Shown here: piece by piece, positions 39,637 through 48,661 of the stretch
Layout: every line of letters begins with the position of its first letter
Numbering within the stretch: the stretch's first letter is position 1
Virus record (IMG/VR): IMGVR_UViG_3300042534_000747
DNA length: 64,000 nucleotides
Source of the DNA: a virus
Reading direction: 5' to 3' (one strand)
The notes under the pieces: model-generated
Told to the model about the DNA's origin: nothing
Databases searched by the model: none
Seen by the model: only the letters and a program-made list of their open reading frames with translations
Program-made: the position numbers and the translations under genes

Positions 39637-39849
39637 ATGCGTACCATTAGTAGTTTTTTCAAAGAACATAATGCAAGAAAAATAATGAGATTTGAAAAAA
39701 TGATATTCATTTATGAAAGATGTAAATATTGTGATTGTTTAACAAATGAAAATAATTGTATTGGTTGGAGTTCTTTAAAAAGAATTAGTGAACCTAGTAA
39801 ATTTACATGTTATAAATGGAATAAATCAATTATAGAAGGTTTAGTATAA
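39637..39849 (+). CDS. Small Cys-rich protein
   Basis: CKYCDC...C...C. Confidence 0.55.
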   Translation: MRTISSFFKEHNARKIMRFEKMIFIYERCKYCDCLTNENNCIGWSSLKRISEPSKFTCYKWNKSIIEGLV

Positions 39850-39992
39850 TGTATGAAAGGAATAGTATTGATAGAATAGTCTATTGTGAATGTGGATTTA
39901 GAGATGAATTAAAAGAATATGAAATAATGGTTTTATGTCCTATGTGTTTTAAAAAATTAAAAGAAGAAAAAATTAAAGCTTATATCCATTAA
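39849..39992 (+). CDS. Small Zn-ribbon protein (not in ORF track)
   Basis: 47 aa, CECG...CPMC; TAATG overlap. Confidence 0.55.
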   Translation: MYERNSIDRIVYCECGFRDELKEYEIMVLCPMCFKKLKEEKIKAYIH

Positions 39993-40206
39993 AAGAATCA
40001 TCAATCATTTCTTGAATTTTAATTTTTTTATCTGTTATAATAGATGTTTGATTTTCAAGTTCATCTATCTTTTTAGAAATTTCACTAATTGCTTCCATTT
40101 CATTTTTTGCAGATGAACGAAATGAAAATGTAAGTCCTAACTGTTTCATAATATTATAATCATTATGATTCTTAGATAATTTTACAAATGCTATATATCC
40201 AGACAT
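39973..40206 (-). CDS. Small hypothetical protein
   Basis: 77 aa, GGAGTGA RBS. Confidence 0.7.
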   Translation of the reverse strand: MSGYIAFVKLSKNHNDYNIMKQLGLTFSFRSSAKNEMEAISEISKKIDELENQTSIITDKKIKIQEMIDDSFNGYKL

Positions 40207-40234
40207 TTTATCACTCCATTAAATGAAAATTGAG

Positions 40235-40825
40235 TTATTCACTCAACTTTCTATATACTTCAGTTCCATATTCATTAGACATAATTAGATTGTTACTATC
40301 AATTACATTGAAATTTATAACACTTGTAGATTCAGCACGTTTCCATGTTAATATAAGGTCTTTATTTTCATTAAATGTTTCATTATATGTAAAAGTATTA
40401 TTTCCAATTTCTATATATGAAGTTACATTAAAATCATAATTTTGATATACTTCTAATTTTCCACTTGAATTATTATTAAAAGTGATTACCCATGCAACAT
40501 CTTTTGTAAGATATAACCATTTACCTGTAATTACATCACTAATTGAACTAAATCTTTCATCAAATGGATACATATCTTCATCATTAATTACACCATCATT
40601 ATCTATATCTGCTTCAGTTTCATTAATTCCATAAACATTATATTTTACAATGGTAAAATCAGGAGATGTCAAAATTATTTTATCATTAAAAGTAACAAAT
40701 TCATTAAAAGTTGGTTCTTCATCAAATGAAGAATTTGATATATCATCATTTATTTTATCTGTGCATCCAGAAGTTAAAACACACAACATCATTACAATAC
40801 TAAATATAATTGTTTTTATTTTCAA
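40235..40825 (-). CDS. Putative lipoprotein with Ca-binding DxDxDG motif
   Basis: Lipobox LTSGC; DIDNDGVINDED. Confidence 0.7.
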   Translation of the reverse strand: MKIKTIIFSIVMMLCVLTSGCTDKINDDISNSSFDEEPTFNEFVTFNDKIILTSPDFTIVKYNVYGINETEADIDNDGVINDEDMYPFDERFSSISDVITGKWLYLTKDVAWVITFNNNSSGKLEVYQNYDFNVTSYIEIGNNTFTYNETFNENKDLILTWKRAESTSVINFNVIDSNNLIMSNEYGTEVYRKLSE

Positions 40826-40917
40826 ATAATCACCAATTTTTACAATTCAATTGATGTTCTTTATATTATATAAAGTTTTATGTGAAAGTAAAGTTTAAAA
40901 TTAGTATTTTTAGAAAA

Positions 40918-41142
40918 AATTGTAGGCACATACCTACAATTATTCTAGTGACCAGTGTTGAAAATAGTTATCTGCTTCCAAACCAACAACTATTCGCAAT
41001 TACTATATATTTTTTGGTTTACCTGTTTATAGACTTATTTTTTGTTTAAATTAGTCTTTCATTGAAATTTAAATTATGAACACATATTCATAAAATAAAT
41101 CACAATATATAGATATTAAAAAATTATGAACACATATTCACA
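40918..41142 (-). ncRNA. Candidate structured non-coding region with repeated UAUGUG-loop hairpins
   Basis: Stem-loops at 40918-40941, 41074-41093 and 41121-41146 share the loop TATGTG; 20-bp direct repeat at 41071/41121. Confidence 0.4.
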
Positions 41143-41526
41143 AATTAATAATATCTAAATTAAATGCATTTTCTTTACATTTAATTAATGCAATACTTTA
41201 CCTTTGCATGTATTTCCATCATTTTTTTATTTTTGTGTAAATGAAAGATTTACTAAGCATAACATATACCATATTATATTTAAGCATTTTGGTTGATTAA
41301 TTTTGGTATTTCCAAAAAAAGCAAAATATTATATATAATGAATGCTATCGTGTACTCTAAGGTAATATTAATGATAATTGATAAAATAATTGCAAATAAA
41401 CAAGATGAAAAATGTGAATATAATGAATGTATTTATTGTACTCAAAATGTTTGTTGTTTTAGTTTAAGGCATTTGGGATGTTTTCACAATGAAAAATGTG
41501 TTCAAAATTTTGTAAATTTATTTTAA

Positions 41527-42492
41527 GTGATAAATATGAATATAATATTTGAAGGAATTCATGGTAGTAGATTATTTGAACTTAATAATGAACTTTCAGA
41601 TACAGATATAAAAGCAATCTATATACCTGAATTATTAGATGTTGTCAATGGAAAATTCAAAAAAACCATTACTTATAATGATAAAGAATTTCATAATGAA
41701 AAAAGTGATTCTAAAACAATTGATAAAGAAGTTATGTCAATTCAATTCTTTATAGAAAAGGCACTAGAAGGACTAATTATACAAGTTGATATGCTATTCA
41801 GTCCTGAAGATAAAACTATTGTTACAAGTGATTTATGGAAGTTTATAGTAGCAAATAAAAATAAGATAGTTTCTAAAACTATGATTCCTGCTTTCAGAGG
41901 TTATGTGTATCAGCAAATTGGCAAATATGCTAAAAGAGTTAAAAAAGTATCACAGGCAGAGGAAATTGTAGATATTCTCAATAAATATAATGATGATACT
42001 GTATTTGAACATATTTTTGAAGAAAATAAAGCATTCTTTGAAGATAATCCTAATATTACATTGGATGTTCATCAAAATATTAGATGCTTTAATTTCATGG
42101 GAAAGATGTATATTTTTACAACTAAAAATTATCATATACTTGATTCATTAAATAAGTATATAGGTAAATATGGTAGTAGAGTTCTTGAACTGAAAAAGAA
42201 TGAAAATGTAGATTGGAAATCAATTAGTCATGCATTCAGAGGTATTTATCAGTTGAAGCGTCTTGCTCTTTATGGAGAATATCAACATCCTATTCCTGAA
42301 AAAGATTATATCCTTCAAATAAAGAATGGTGAACTTGATTATGAGTTATTGATGGATGAGCTGTATGAAGAAATAGAAAATACTCTTATGTTAGCTGAAA
42401 ATTCTACTATGATTCCTGATGAACCAGATTATGAATTTTGGAATAATTTCATATTAGATGTATATGTTAATCAAATAAAAGAAAAATATTGA
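41527..42492 (+). CDS. Pol-beta-superfamily nucleotidyltransferase (RlaP/PF10127-like, T4 NrdC.11-like)
   Basis: IHGSRLFELNNELSDTDIKAIYIP; DWKSISHAFR...LLQIKNG. Confidence 0.85.
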   Translation: MINMNIIFEGIHGSRLFELNNELSDTDIKAIYIPELLDVVNGKFKKTITYNDKEFHNEKSDSKTIDKEVMSIQFFIEKALEGLIIQVDMLFSPEDKTIVTSDLWKFIVANKNKIVSKTMIPAFRGYVYQQIGKYAKRVKKVSQAEEIVDILNKYNDDTVFEHIFEENKAFFEDNPNITLDVHQNIRCFNFMGKMYIFTTKNYHILDSLNKYIGKYGSRVLELKKNENVDWKSISHAFRGIYQLKRLALYGEYQHPIPEKDYILQIKNGELDYELLMDELYEEIENTLMLAENSTMIPDEPDYEFWNNFILDVYVNQIKEKY

Positions 42493-42506
42493 TTAATTTC
42501 AATATT

Positions 42507-42803
42507 TTATTTACTATATGCACTAATTATATGTTGCAAGTATATTTTTGTATTTTCTGCTTTTGGCTCTCTAATTTTACTCATTGGAATTGATTTTATT
42601 GTATTATTTAATGTTCTTTTACCAAATTCATCTTCAACTTTGAAATAATGTATTAATTTGAAATTATTTCCTGCAATTTCTACTTTTAATCTATTACCAT
42701 TTGGTAATTTGTAATTATATCCTACACCTGTTCCTTTTTGAAAACCTAAACCTATAATGACAGGTCTTATTTCATCTCTAATTTTTTCTAATTTAGAAGC
42801 CAT
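42507..42803 (-). CDS. Basic hypothetical protein
   Basis: 98 aa with own TATA. Confidence 0.7.
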   Translation of the reverse strand: MASKLEKIRDEIRPVIIGLGFQKGTGVGYNYKLPNGNRLKVEIAGNNFKLIHYFKVEDEFGKRTLNNTIKSIPMSKIREPKAENTKIYLQHIISAYSK

Positions 42804-42868
42804 GATTATTATTTGTTATTGTTCTATATAAACATTTTTAGAACAAATGTTGTTTGTTTTTAATTAAC

Positions 42869-42915
42869 TTTATATAAGATTAATACATACTATTATATTG
42901 TAGGTAATTAAAATG
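42869..42915 (+). promoter_or_regulatory. Class-I intergenic repeat
   Basis: TTTATATA 42869, TTGTAGG 42898. Confidence 0.8.
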
Positions 42916-43362
42916 ACAGAATTTACAATAGCTAATATTATGGAATGGGATGAAAATGATACTAGAAAGTTGAAATCTTTAGTATATAAATTAAGCAAGT
43001 GTGATGAAAATGGTGATACATTTGGTATAACATTTGATGATGTTAGAAATGAAGTAAGTTATGGTTATGATATCACAGATATAGAAGGATGGTTTTTAAC
43101 AATTGGTAGATTGGTATTAGAAACGATGTGTGAATATACTAAAGATTACATTGATGCAAATGCTGATGAAATAGAAAATTATGAAGAAATTTATGATAAA
43201 TTAACAGAAATTGAAGATTCTGCATTTAGTTATATTTCATTTGATTATGGAAAATTAATAGATGAAACACCATTTAAAATGTTTAAAGTGAATAACTTTT
43301 ATAGCACTTTTGATGATAAAGTAGATAAATTAATAAAACAACTTGAAAAGTTTGAAATTTAA
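42913..43362 (+). CDS. Acidic hypothetical protein (paralog of next gene)
   Basis: FTIA..M.W.E...; F.V.NFY..F..KV..L. Confidence 0.8.
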   Translation: MTEFTIANIMEWDENDTRKLKSLVYKLSKCDENGDTFGITFDDVRNEVSYGYDITDIEGWFLTIGRLVLETMCEYTKDYIDANADEIENYEEIYDKLTEIEDSAFSYISFDYGKLIDETPFKMFKVNNFYSTFDDKVDKLIKQLEKFEI

Positions 43363-43370
43363 AGGTAACA

Positions 43371-43823
43371 ATGATGAATAAATTTACAATAGCTACAGTA
43401 TTTGGATGGAGTGAAGAAGAAGTAAAGAGGATAGAAAATATTCTGGATACACTTGATAAACATGGATGGAATATTAGTATAAATGATATAAAACAAGATA
43501 TATTAAAATATGATGAAGATATAGAAATTTTTAACGAATGGAATATTGCAATTGCATCTGTTGTATTTGTAAAAATGTGTATTCATACAAAAAATTACAT
43601 TATTTCAATGTATATTGAAGATAAAATATATGAAAGTGAATTTGAAGATGCACTTTTTACATTGAATTCATGGATTGATGGTTCATTTGAAGGTGTAATG
43701 TTGCATACTAATTTAAAAATAGTAAGAAGTGATAATCCATTTTATATGTTTTCAATTACTGATTTTTATGAAATATTTGAAGGAAAAGTAAATGAATTGA
43801 TGGAGGGAATATTAAAATTTTAA
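43371..43823 (+). CDS. Acidic hypothetical protein (paralog of previous gene)
   Basis: FTIA..F.W.E...; FSITDFYEIFEGKVNEL. Confidence 0.8.
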   Translation: MMNKFTIATVFGWSEEEVKRIENILDTLDKHGWNISINDIKQDILKYDEDIEIFNEWNIAIASVVFVKMCIHTKNYIISMYIEDKIYESEFEDALFTLNSWIDGSFEGVMLHTNLKIVRSDNPFYMFSITDFYEIFEGKVNELMEGILKF

Positions 43824-43847
43824 ATAACCTCTGTTTTTTTAGATAAT

Positions 43848-43895
43848 TATATATACTATAAAGGTTATGTATTAACTTGTAGGTGAATTACAATG
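43848..43895 (+). promoter_or_regulatory. Class-I intergenic repeat
   Basis: TATATATA 43848, TTGTAGG 43877. Confidence 0.8.
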
Positions 43896-44402
43896 GATAA
43901 TACAATTGATGAATTTATGGAAAACTGGAAGGTAAAGAGTCTTGAATATTATAATGGTCTTAGAAATGGTTATTTTGAAATTATAAAAAATAAGAGTAAT
44001 CTTACTAAAAATGAAGCTATTGATTTAAGGCACTTGGGTTATGATGTTAAAGAAGGAAATAAAGGGGATTATTATAGAGGTGTCTTGTATTTAAGAACTC
44101 ATTTTGGTAGAAATTTTAGAATGCAAGATTATGTTAAAAGTATAGATGCATATTGGAATGAATACATTACTAAATTAATTGATAAAGAAGCTGAAGCAAA
44201 AAAGATAAAGCTTATTGCTCAAATTGAAAAGAAAGCAGGTAAATTTGTATCAACTGAATATCTTTATATTGGTCAAAATGGAGATATAAACGGTAGAGTT
44301 GTTGGAGATAAAGCAACTGTTTATGTAGAAACAATAGGTGCAGGTGGATACAATGTACAAAGGTATCATTATAGAGTATTAGTAAAAGAAGTAAAGGAGT
44401 AA
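43893..44402 (+). CDS. Conserved phage-type hypothetical protein
   Basis: C-terminal TIGAGGYNVQRYHYRVLVK motif. Confidence 0.8.
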   Translation: MDNTIDEFMENWKVKSLEYYNGLRNGYFEIIKNKSNLTKNEAIDLRHLGYDVKEGNKGDYYRGVLYLRTHFGRNFRMQDYVKSIDAYWNEYITKLIDKEAEAKKIKLIAQIEKKAGKFVSTEYLYIGQNGDINGRVVGDKATVYVETIGAGGYNVQRYHYRVLVKEVKE

Positions 44403-44414
44403 ATGTTTACTCTT

Positions 44415-44771
44415 TTATTTAATTAATTTGACTAATTTATTATCTTCACTTATCCATCCTATTTTATAAGCACAACCGCCTATTATAGCCCATCCTATAG
44501 GGTCTGTCATTGGGAATGGAATTATTATTAAAGCAAATCCTATTAAGAATCCTGATATGTATAACATTTTTTCCATTATGCTTTTTCCATCATCATTAAT
44601 TAAAATTGCAATTATAATTAGAACCATTGTTATTGTTGCAATTGTCATTCCTGCCATCCAGAATGACATTATTTCTAACCCATACATGATTAATATTGAA
44701 ATGAATAAAAGAGCATACCCTTTTAACATATTAAATAATAATTCATTTGATTGATTTGTTTTTTTAACCAT
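44415..44771 (-). CDS. Membrane protein (about 4 TM)
   Basis: 118 aa, mostly hydrophobic. Confidence 0.75.
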   Translation of the reverse strand: MVKKTNQSNELLFNMLKGYALLFISILIMYGLEIMSFWMAGMTIATITMVLIIIAILINDDGKSIMEKMLYISGFLIGFALIIIPFPMTDPIGWAIIGGCAYKIGWISEDNKLVKLIK

Positions 44772-44825
44772 TATTTTTACCTTTATATAATTATATTTTA
44801 ATAGTATATAAATATTTTTAAGATA

Positions 44826-45335
44826 TTATTCATATTTACTTATCCATTTTTTGAATTTAATATCTAAAACTGTGCCATTAGCATTTAATTTTCCAAATGA
44901 TAAAAATTTATTAACTGTCATTATTAATTGTGAATTATTATATGTTTTATGAAAAATATCATGTGGTGTTCCATTAATTTTTATTGTTTTTAGTAAAGTA
45001 TAATCTTTATTGTAACCTATAATTGTACAAAATGTATTTCCAGTTTCTAAACATTCAAATGTAATAAATGTGTATGGAAATGGTCTTGTTTGTTTTGATA
45101 ACATAATTTTCTTAGCTGCATCTATGTAATTACTTGCTTTAACACCTGTATATATGCCTTCTACAGAATTAATGCTGTCAAGGGCTTGATTTTGGCTTAA
45201 TAGATAATGTGCATGGTCTGAATAATTATGATAGTAACCTGTTAAGTTCAATACATCCTCTATCATGAATTCAAATGGTGATTTTGGCATGTCCCCCATT
45301 AAATCTAATTTATATGCTATGTATGTCTTGTTCAT
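44826..45335 (-). CDS. Hypothetical protein
   Basis: 169 aa with TATA and GGAAG RBS. Confidence 0.75.
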   Translation of the reverse strand: MNKTYIAYKLDLMGDMPKSPFEFMIEDVLNLTGYYHNYSDHAHYLLSQNQALDSINSVEGIYTGVKASNYIDAAKKIMLSKQTRPFPYTFITFECLETGNTFCTIIGYNKDYTLLKTIKINGTPHDIFHKTYNNSQLIMTVNKFLSFGKLNANGTVLDIKFKKWISKYE

Positions 45336-45687
45336 ATTGTATAACTTCCTTTGTATACAAGTTATGTAATATGACTATATAAACTTATTTAGACTAAGTG
45401 TATATTAATTATAATGTTGATGTTGAAAAGTAGTGATTGAAAAATTGATTAAGTAAATATTTGAATTGTTCTTTATTAATATTAGTTGTGTAAAGAAACT
45501 TATCCATTTACTTAACTGTAAAGAATGTCCTATTTGTTTTACAGTAAAACAGTAAAATCAATTTTTAATGTTTACACTGTAAAGAAAGTATAGGGAATAT
45601 GGGATATTCTTTCCACTTCCCTTATTTATATACATACGTAATGAATGTGCTAATATATATTAGTTATAAAAAATATAAAAAAAGTAG

Positions 45688-46158
45688 TTAACCTACTACA
45701 ATTTCTTTATTAGCAAATTTCAACATTTCTGCTTTTCTTCCAACATCCTTATTAATAAACCCTTTACCATCAATCATTCTTTTTATGCCTTTTGAATCTT
45801 CATAAAGAACTTGGTCATTTGGATATACTTTTTCAAGTGTATCATCAAACAGGCTATCAATACCAAATTGCCATCCATTACTAAAAACTATTCTGTTATC
45901 ACGAACTACTTTTATTAGTTTTCTATTATCTGGTAATTCAGGTTCAATAATATTCATGGCAAAACCATTCTTTTTTAGGTAATTCCATGCAGTTTCAGAA
46001 TTTGAAATATCCTTTACAAGTATGTTTTTATCTTTGCCATACTTTATTTTGTTTATTTTCAATACTCTTTTAGCATAAGCTATCATATCATCATTGTAGA
46101 GATATGTTCCGTTTGGATAATCAAATGATAAAATTTTATATTGTTTTATTTGTACCAT
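45688..46158 (-). CDS. Basic hypothetical protein
   Basis: 156 aa. Confidence 0.75.
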   Translation of the reverse strand: MVQIKQYKILSFDYPNGTYLYNDDMIAYAKRVLKINKIKYGKDKNILVKDISNSETAWNYLKKNGFAMNIIEPELPDNRKLIKVVRDNRIVFSNGWQFGIDSLFDDTLEKVYPNDQVLYEDSKGIKRMIDGKGFINKDVGRKAEMLKFANKEIVVG

Positions 46159-46168
46159 ATTGAATCAT

Positions 46169-46492
46169 TCATAAATTGCTTTTTAATTTTACATCTGTTA
46201 TACTATACCCACCACCACTAAATTCATGTAAGAATTTAGGATAATCTACAAAACTACCATTACTATTTTCTTTGGTTGAATAATATCCATTTTCTACAAG
46301 AACTTCAAAAGCAGTTTGTAAACATGTTTCCCCATAACCATATTCCATAGGTACTAACAATACAGTTCTGCCAGTTGTTACATCCTTAAATCTTACAGTG
46401 TGATATGTATTACCATATGTTTTTTGAAACCATCTTCTACACTCAATATACATATTCTTTTTTGGTATATCTATTTTTAAATCTCTTTTCAT
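46169..46492 (-). CDS. Conserved phage-type hypothetical protein
   Basis: RRWFQKTYGNTYHT...YGYG motif. Confidence 0.8.
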   Translation of the reverse strand: MKRDLKIDIPKKNMYIECRRWFQKTYGNTYHTVRFKDVTTGRTVLLVPMEYGYGETCLQTAFEVLVENGYYSTKENSNGSFVDYPKFLHEFSGGGYSITDVKLKSNL

Positions 46493-46589
46493 TATTTATT
46501 TGCTCCATATTTATATTTAAGCATTTAAATATTTATTTAAAAGTATATAAAGGTTTTTAAAAAAGATGAGTGATGAATTATATATTTTT

Positions 46590-46631
46590 AATTCACCTAC
46601 AATATTATTGATAGTCTTTTTAGTATATAAA
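46590..46631 (-). promoter_or_regulatory. Class-I repeat with no downstream ORF (empty cassette)
   Basis: TTTATATA-29 nt-TTGTAGGTGA then AATTAAAAATATATAA; no usable start codon before the next terminator/promoter. Confidence 0.65.
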
Positions 46632-46649
46632 AGTTTTGTAAATAATGAG

Positions 46650-47129
46650 TTAATATCTCATTATTGCATTCCATTGTTTATATGAAAGTGGATTTTTATA
46701 TTCAGGTTCATCCATTTCAACCCATGCCTTCACTTGTTCAAAAAGTGATTTGCGGAATTCACTCTTGAAAGTCTTTGTTTTGCAAAATTTATCAAGTGCA
46801 ACTTCATATTCATAAGGTAAAACAGACAACTTGAATGCATTTCTACCGAATTTTTGAATTAGATTAGGGTAAAACTGCATAAATAGTTGAATACTGCACT
46901 TAGATACTCTTCCATGTAGATATTCATCAACTGTAAGCCAATCAGGAATCTCTACATCCCTAACATCATAAAGATTACATTCTACAAGCATATCATTGAA
47001 TGCACTTACACAACAATTTCTTGTTTCTACAAGAAGCTCTGCATCTGTTTCTTCAACGTATTCCTTAATAGGACTTAATTCAGTATTTTGATTTTCACCA
47101 AATCTCTTGAATAGAAGTTTATAAATCAT
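46650..47129 (-). CDS. Hypothetical protein
   Basis: ATG behind class-I repeat. Confidence 0.8.
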   Translation of the reverse strand: MIYKLLFKRFGENQNTELSPIKEYVEETDAELLVETRNCCVSAFNDMLVECNLYDVRDVEIPDWLTVDEYLHGRVSKCSIQLFMQFYPNLIQKFGRNAFKLSVLPYEYEVALDKFCKTKTFKSEFRKSLFEQVKAWVEMDEPEYKNPLSYKQWNAIMRY

Positions 47130-47173
47130 AATATTCACCTACAATTCTATACTAGGTGTTAATGGTATATAAA
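47127..47173 (-). promoter_or_regulatory. Class-I intergenic repeat
   Basis: TTTATATA 47173-47166, TTGTAGG from 47144. Confidence 0.85.
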
Positions 47174-47230
47174 TGTTTGCAAAAAAAGGAAATTATTTGA
47201 AAATAGAGGTTTATTACCTCTATTAATAAT

Positions 47231-47512
47231 TTATTTCATTTTATAATATTCTCTTATATCTGAAAGTTCTCTTTCTTTATCAGGCTTTTTATTTCCACCT
47301 TTATAAAGTGCATATACTGTTTTACCTGCTCTTTTAAATGTTAATTTTCTTATTTTAAAACCCATTTTACGTAACCTTTCAGCTTCTTTATCCATATCTG
47401 ATTCTGAAAAAGAAGCATCTGTAAGTTGATACATATTTTTAGAGCCTACGATTTTTTTCCATTGTGGAAGTGCTTTTTCATTAAATCTTATATCATTAAA
47501 TTTTTTACTCAT
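47231..47512 (-). CDS. Small basic protein, KKF..Y.L...G..R...Y family
   Basis: Pattern shared with 54386, 59545 and 60133. Confidence 0.7.
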   Translation of the reverse strand: MSKKFNDIRFNEKALPQWKKIVGSKNMYQLTDASFSESDMDKEAERLRKMGFKIRKLTFKRAGKTVYALYKGGNKKPDKERELSDIREYYKMK

Positions 47513-47698
47513 TTTTTATTCCTTCTTTAAAGATAAAATATATTGTATTTTATTCTATATAACCTTTTTTAAAATAGATATTAATTAAATTCTAATGTTA
47601 TAATTGATTATATTTGTAAAATTAATAAATAACTATATTAAATATATATATATACTATAAAAACATGTTTTACATGTAAATAAATATGAGATGTTAAA

Positions 47699-48079
47699 AT
47701 GGTAAACTATAAAGTAAGAGATATTACATGCAATATAAATACAGAAATGACTACAACTGAAGTAGTAAAACATGCAAGATTTAGACTAAAAGGATATCAT
47801 GATATAGGAATTGATAAAGAAGTAAAAAGTGTAGATTTTAATAAATCAATTAATGCAATTGTATATTTAAATAATATAGGTGTTCTAGTTGTTGAAGTTT
47901 TAAATGAAAAATTCAAATGTAAAATTTGTGGTAAAACAAAAAATATTTCACAACATTATGATAATGGCAAGTCAATTAAAGAACCAGTATGTTCAAAATG
48001 TATGTCTGATGCAAAATGTGATTATTATGAAAGACAGTCAAATTTGAGAGAAGAATATAAAAAAATGAATGAAGAATAA
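47699..48079 (+). CDS. Hypothetical protein with C-terminal Zn finger
   Basis: CKICG...CSKC. Confidence 0.75.
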   Translation: MVNYKVRDITCNINTEMTTTEVVKHARFRLKGYHDIGIDKEVKSVDFNKSINAIVYLNNIGVLVVEVLNEKFKCKICGKTKNISQHYDNGKSIKEPVCSKCMSDAKCDYYERQSNLREEYKKMNEE

Positions 48080-48199
48080 AATTCATTCATTTTTATTGAT
48101 TTACATAACTATATTGCTTTTTTATCTACTAATTTTTACTACATTTTAAATAATAGAATATGCATAATGTGTATTTAATTTAAATTTTATTGTAAGTAG

Positions 48200-48652
48200 G
48201 TGTACAAAATGATATTGATGAAAATAGCAATAGTAGATAGTAAATATAGAATTCCTGCTAGAGACTTGTTAACTGATATAGTAACACATACTAAATTTAG
48301 AATTATGGATAAGGAAGGAAATGTTATTTTAAAAGGCACTAAAAATGACAAAAAAATGCAGATGTTTAATGATTTGATTAGTCTAGGATACATAATGCAG
48401 GAACAGGATTTTATTTCATATCAAGGCAAGAGAGAAATTGATGGTATTGAAGTAAAAATATTACCTGCTAAAACAAATTATCATTCAGGCACACGAATTG
48501 AAGTAAAAATACATGGTGAAACAGAGGAAGAAATTAGTAGGAATAGAACTGAATCATGGAATAAAATTGTGAAATATCTAAACAATAATGGAATTCCAGT
48601 AGATAGAATTTGTGAAGAATCGTATGTGGGATGCGTTTATAACACTGATTGA
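48200..48652 (+). CDS. Hypothetical protein
   Basis: 150 aa, AGGTG RBS. Confidence 0.75.
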   Translation: MYKMILMKIAIVDSKYRIPARDLLTDIVTHTKFRIMDKEGNVILKGTKNDKKMQMFNDLISLGYIMQEQDFISYQGKREIDGIEVKILPAKTNYHSGTRIEVKIHGETEEEISRNRTESWNKIVKYLNNNGIPVDRICEESYVGCVYNTD

Positions 48653-48661
48653 TGTGATAAA

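Noticed and set aside
41071-41140. 20-bp repeats with a 30-nt spacer as a mini-CRISPR array
   Set aside because: Two units only, with no CRISPR-like termini; explained by the UAUGUG hairpin family
3583-47138. GTG starts called at 3583, 4758, 8317, 15162 and 47138
   Set aside because: The GTG is part of the AGGTGA RBS; an in-frame ATG follows 9 nt later and was used instead
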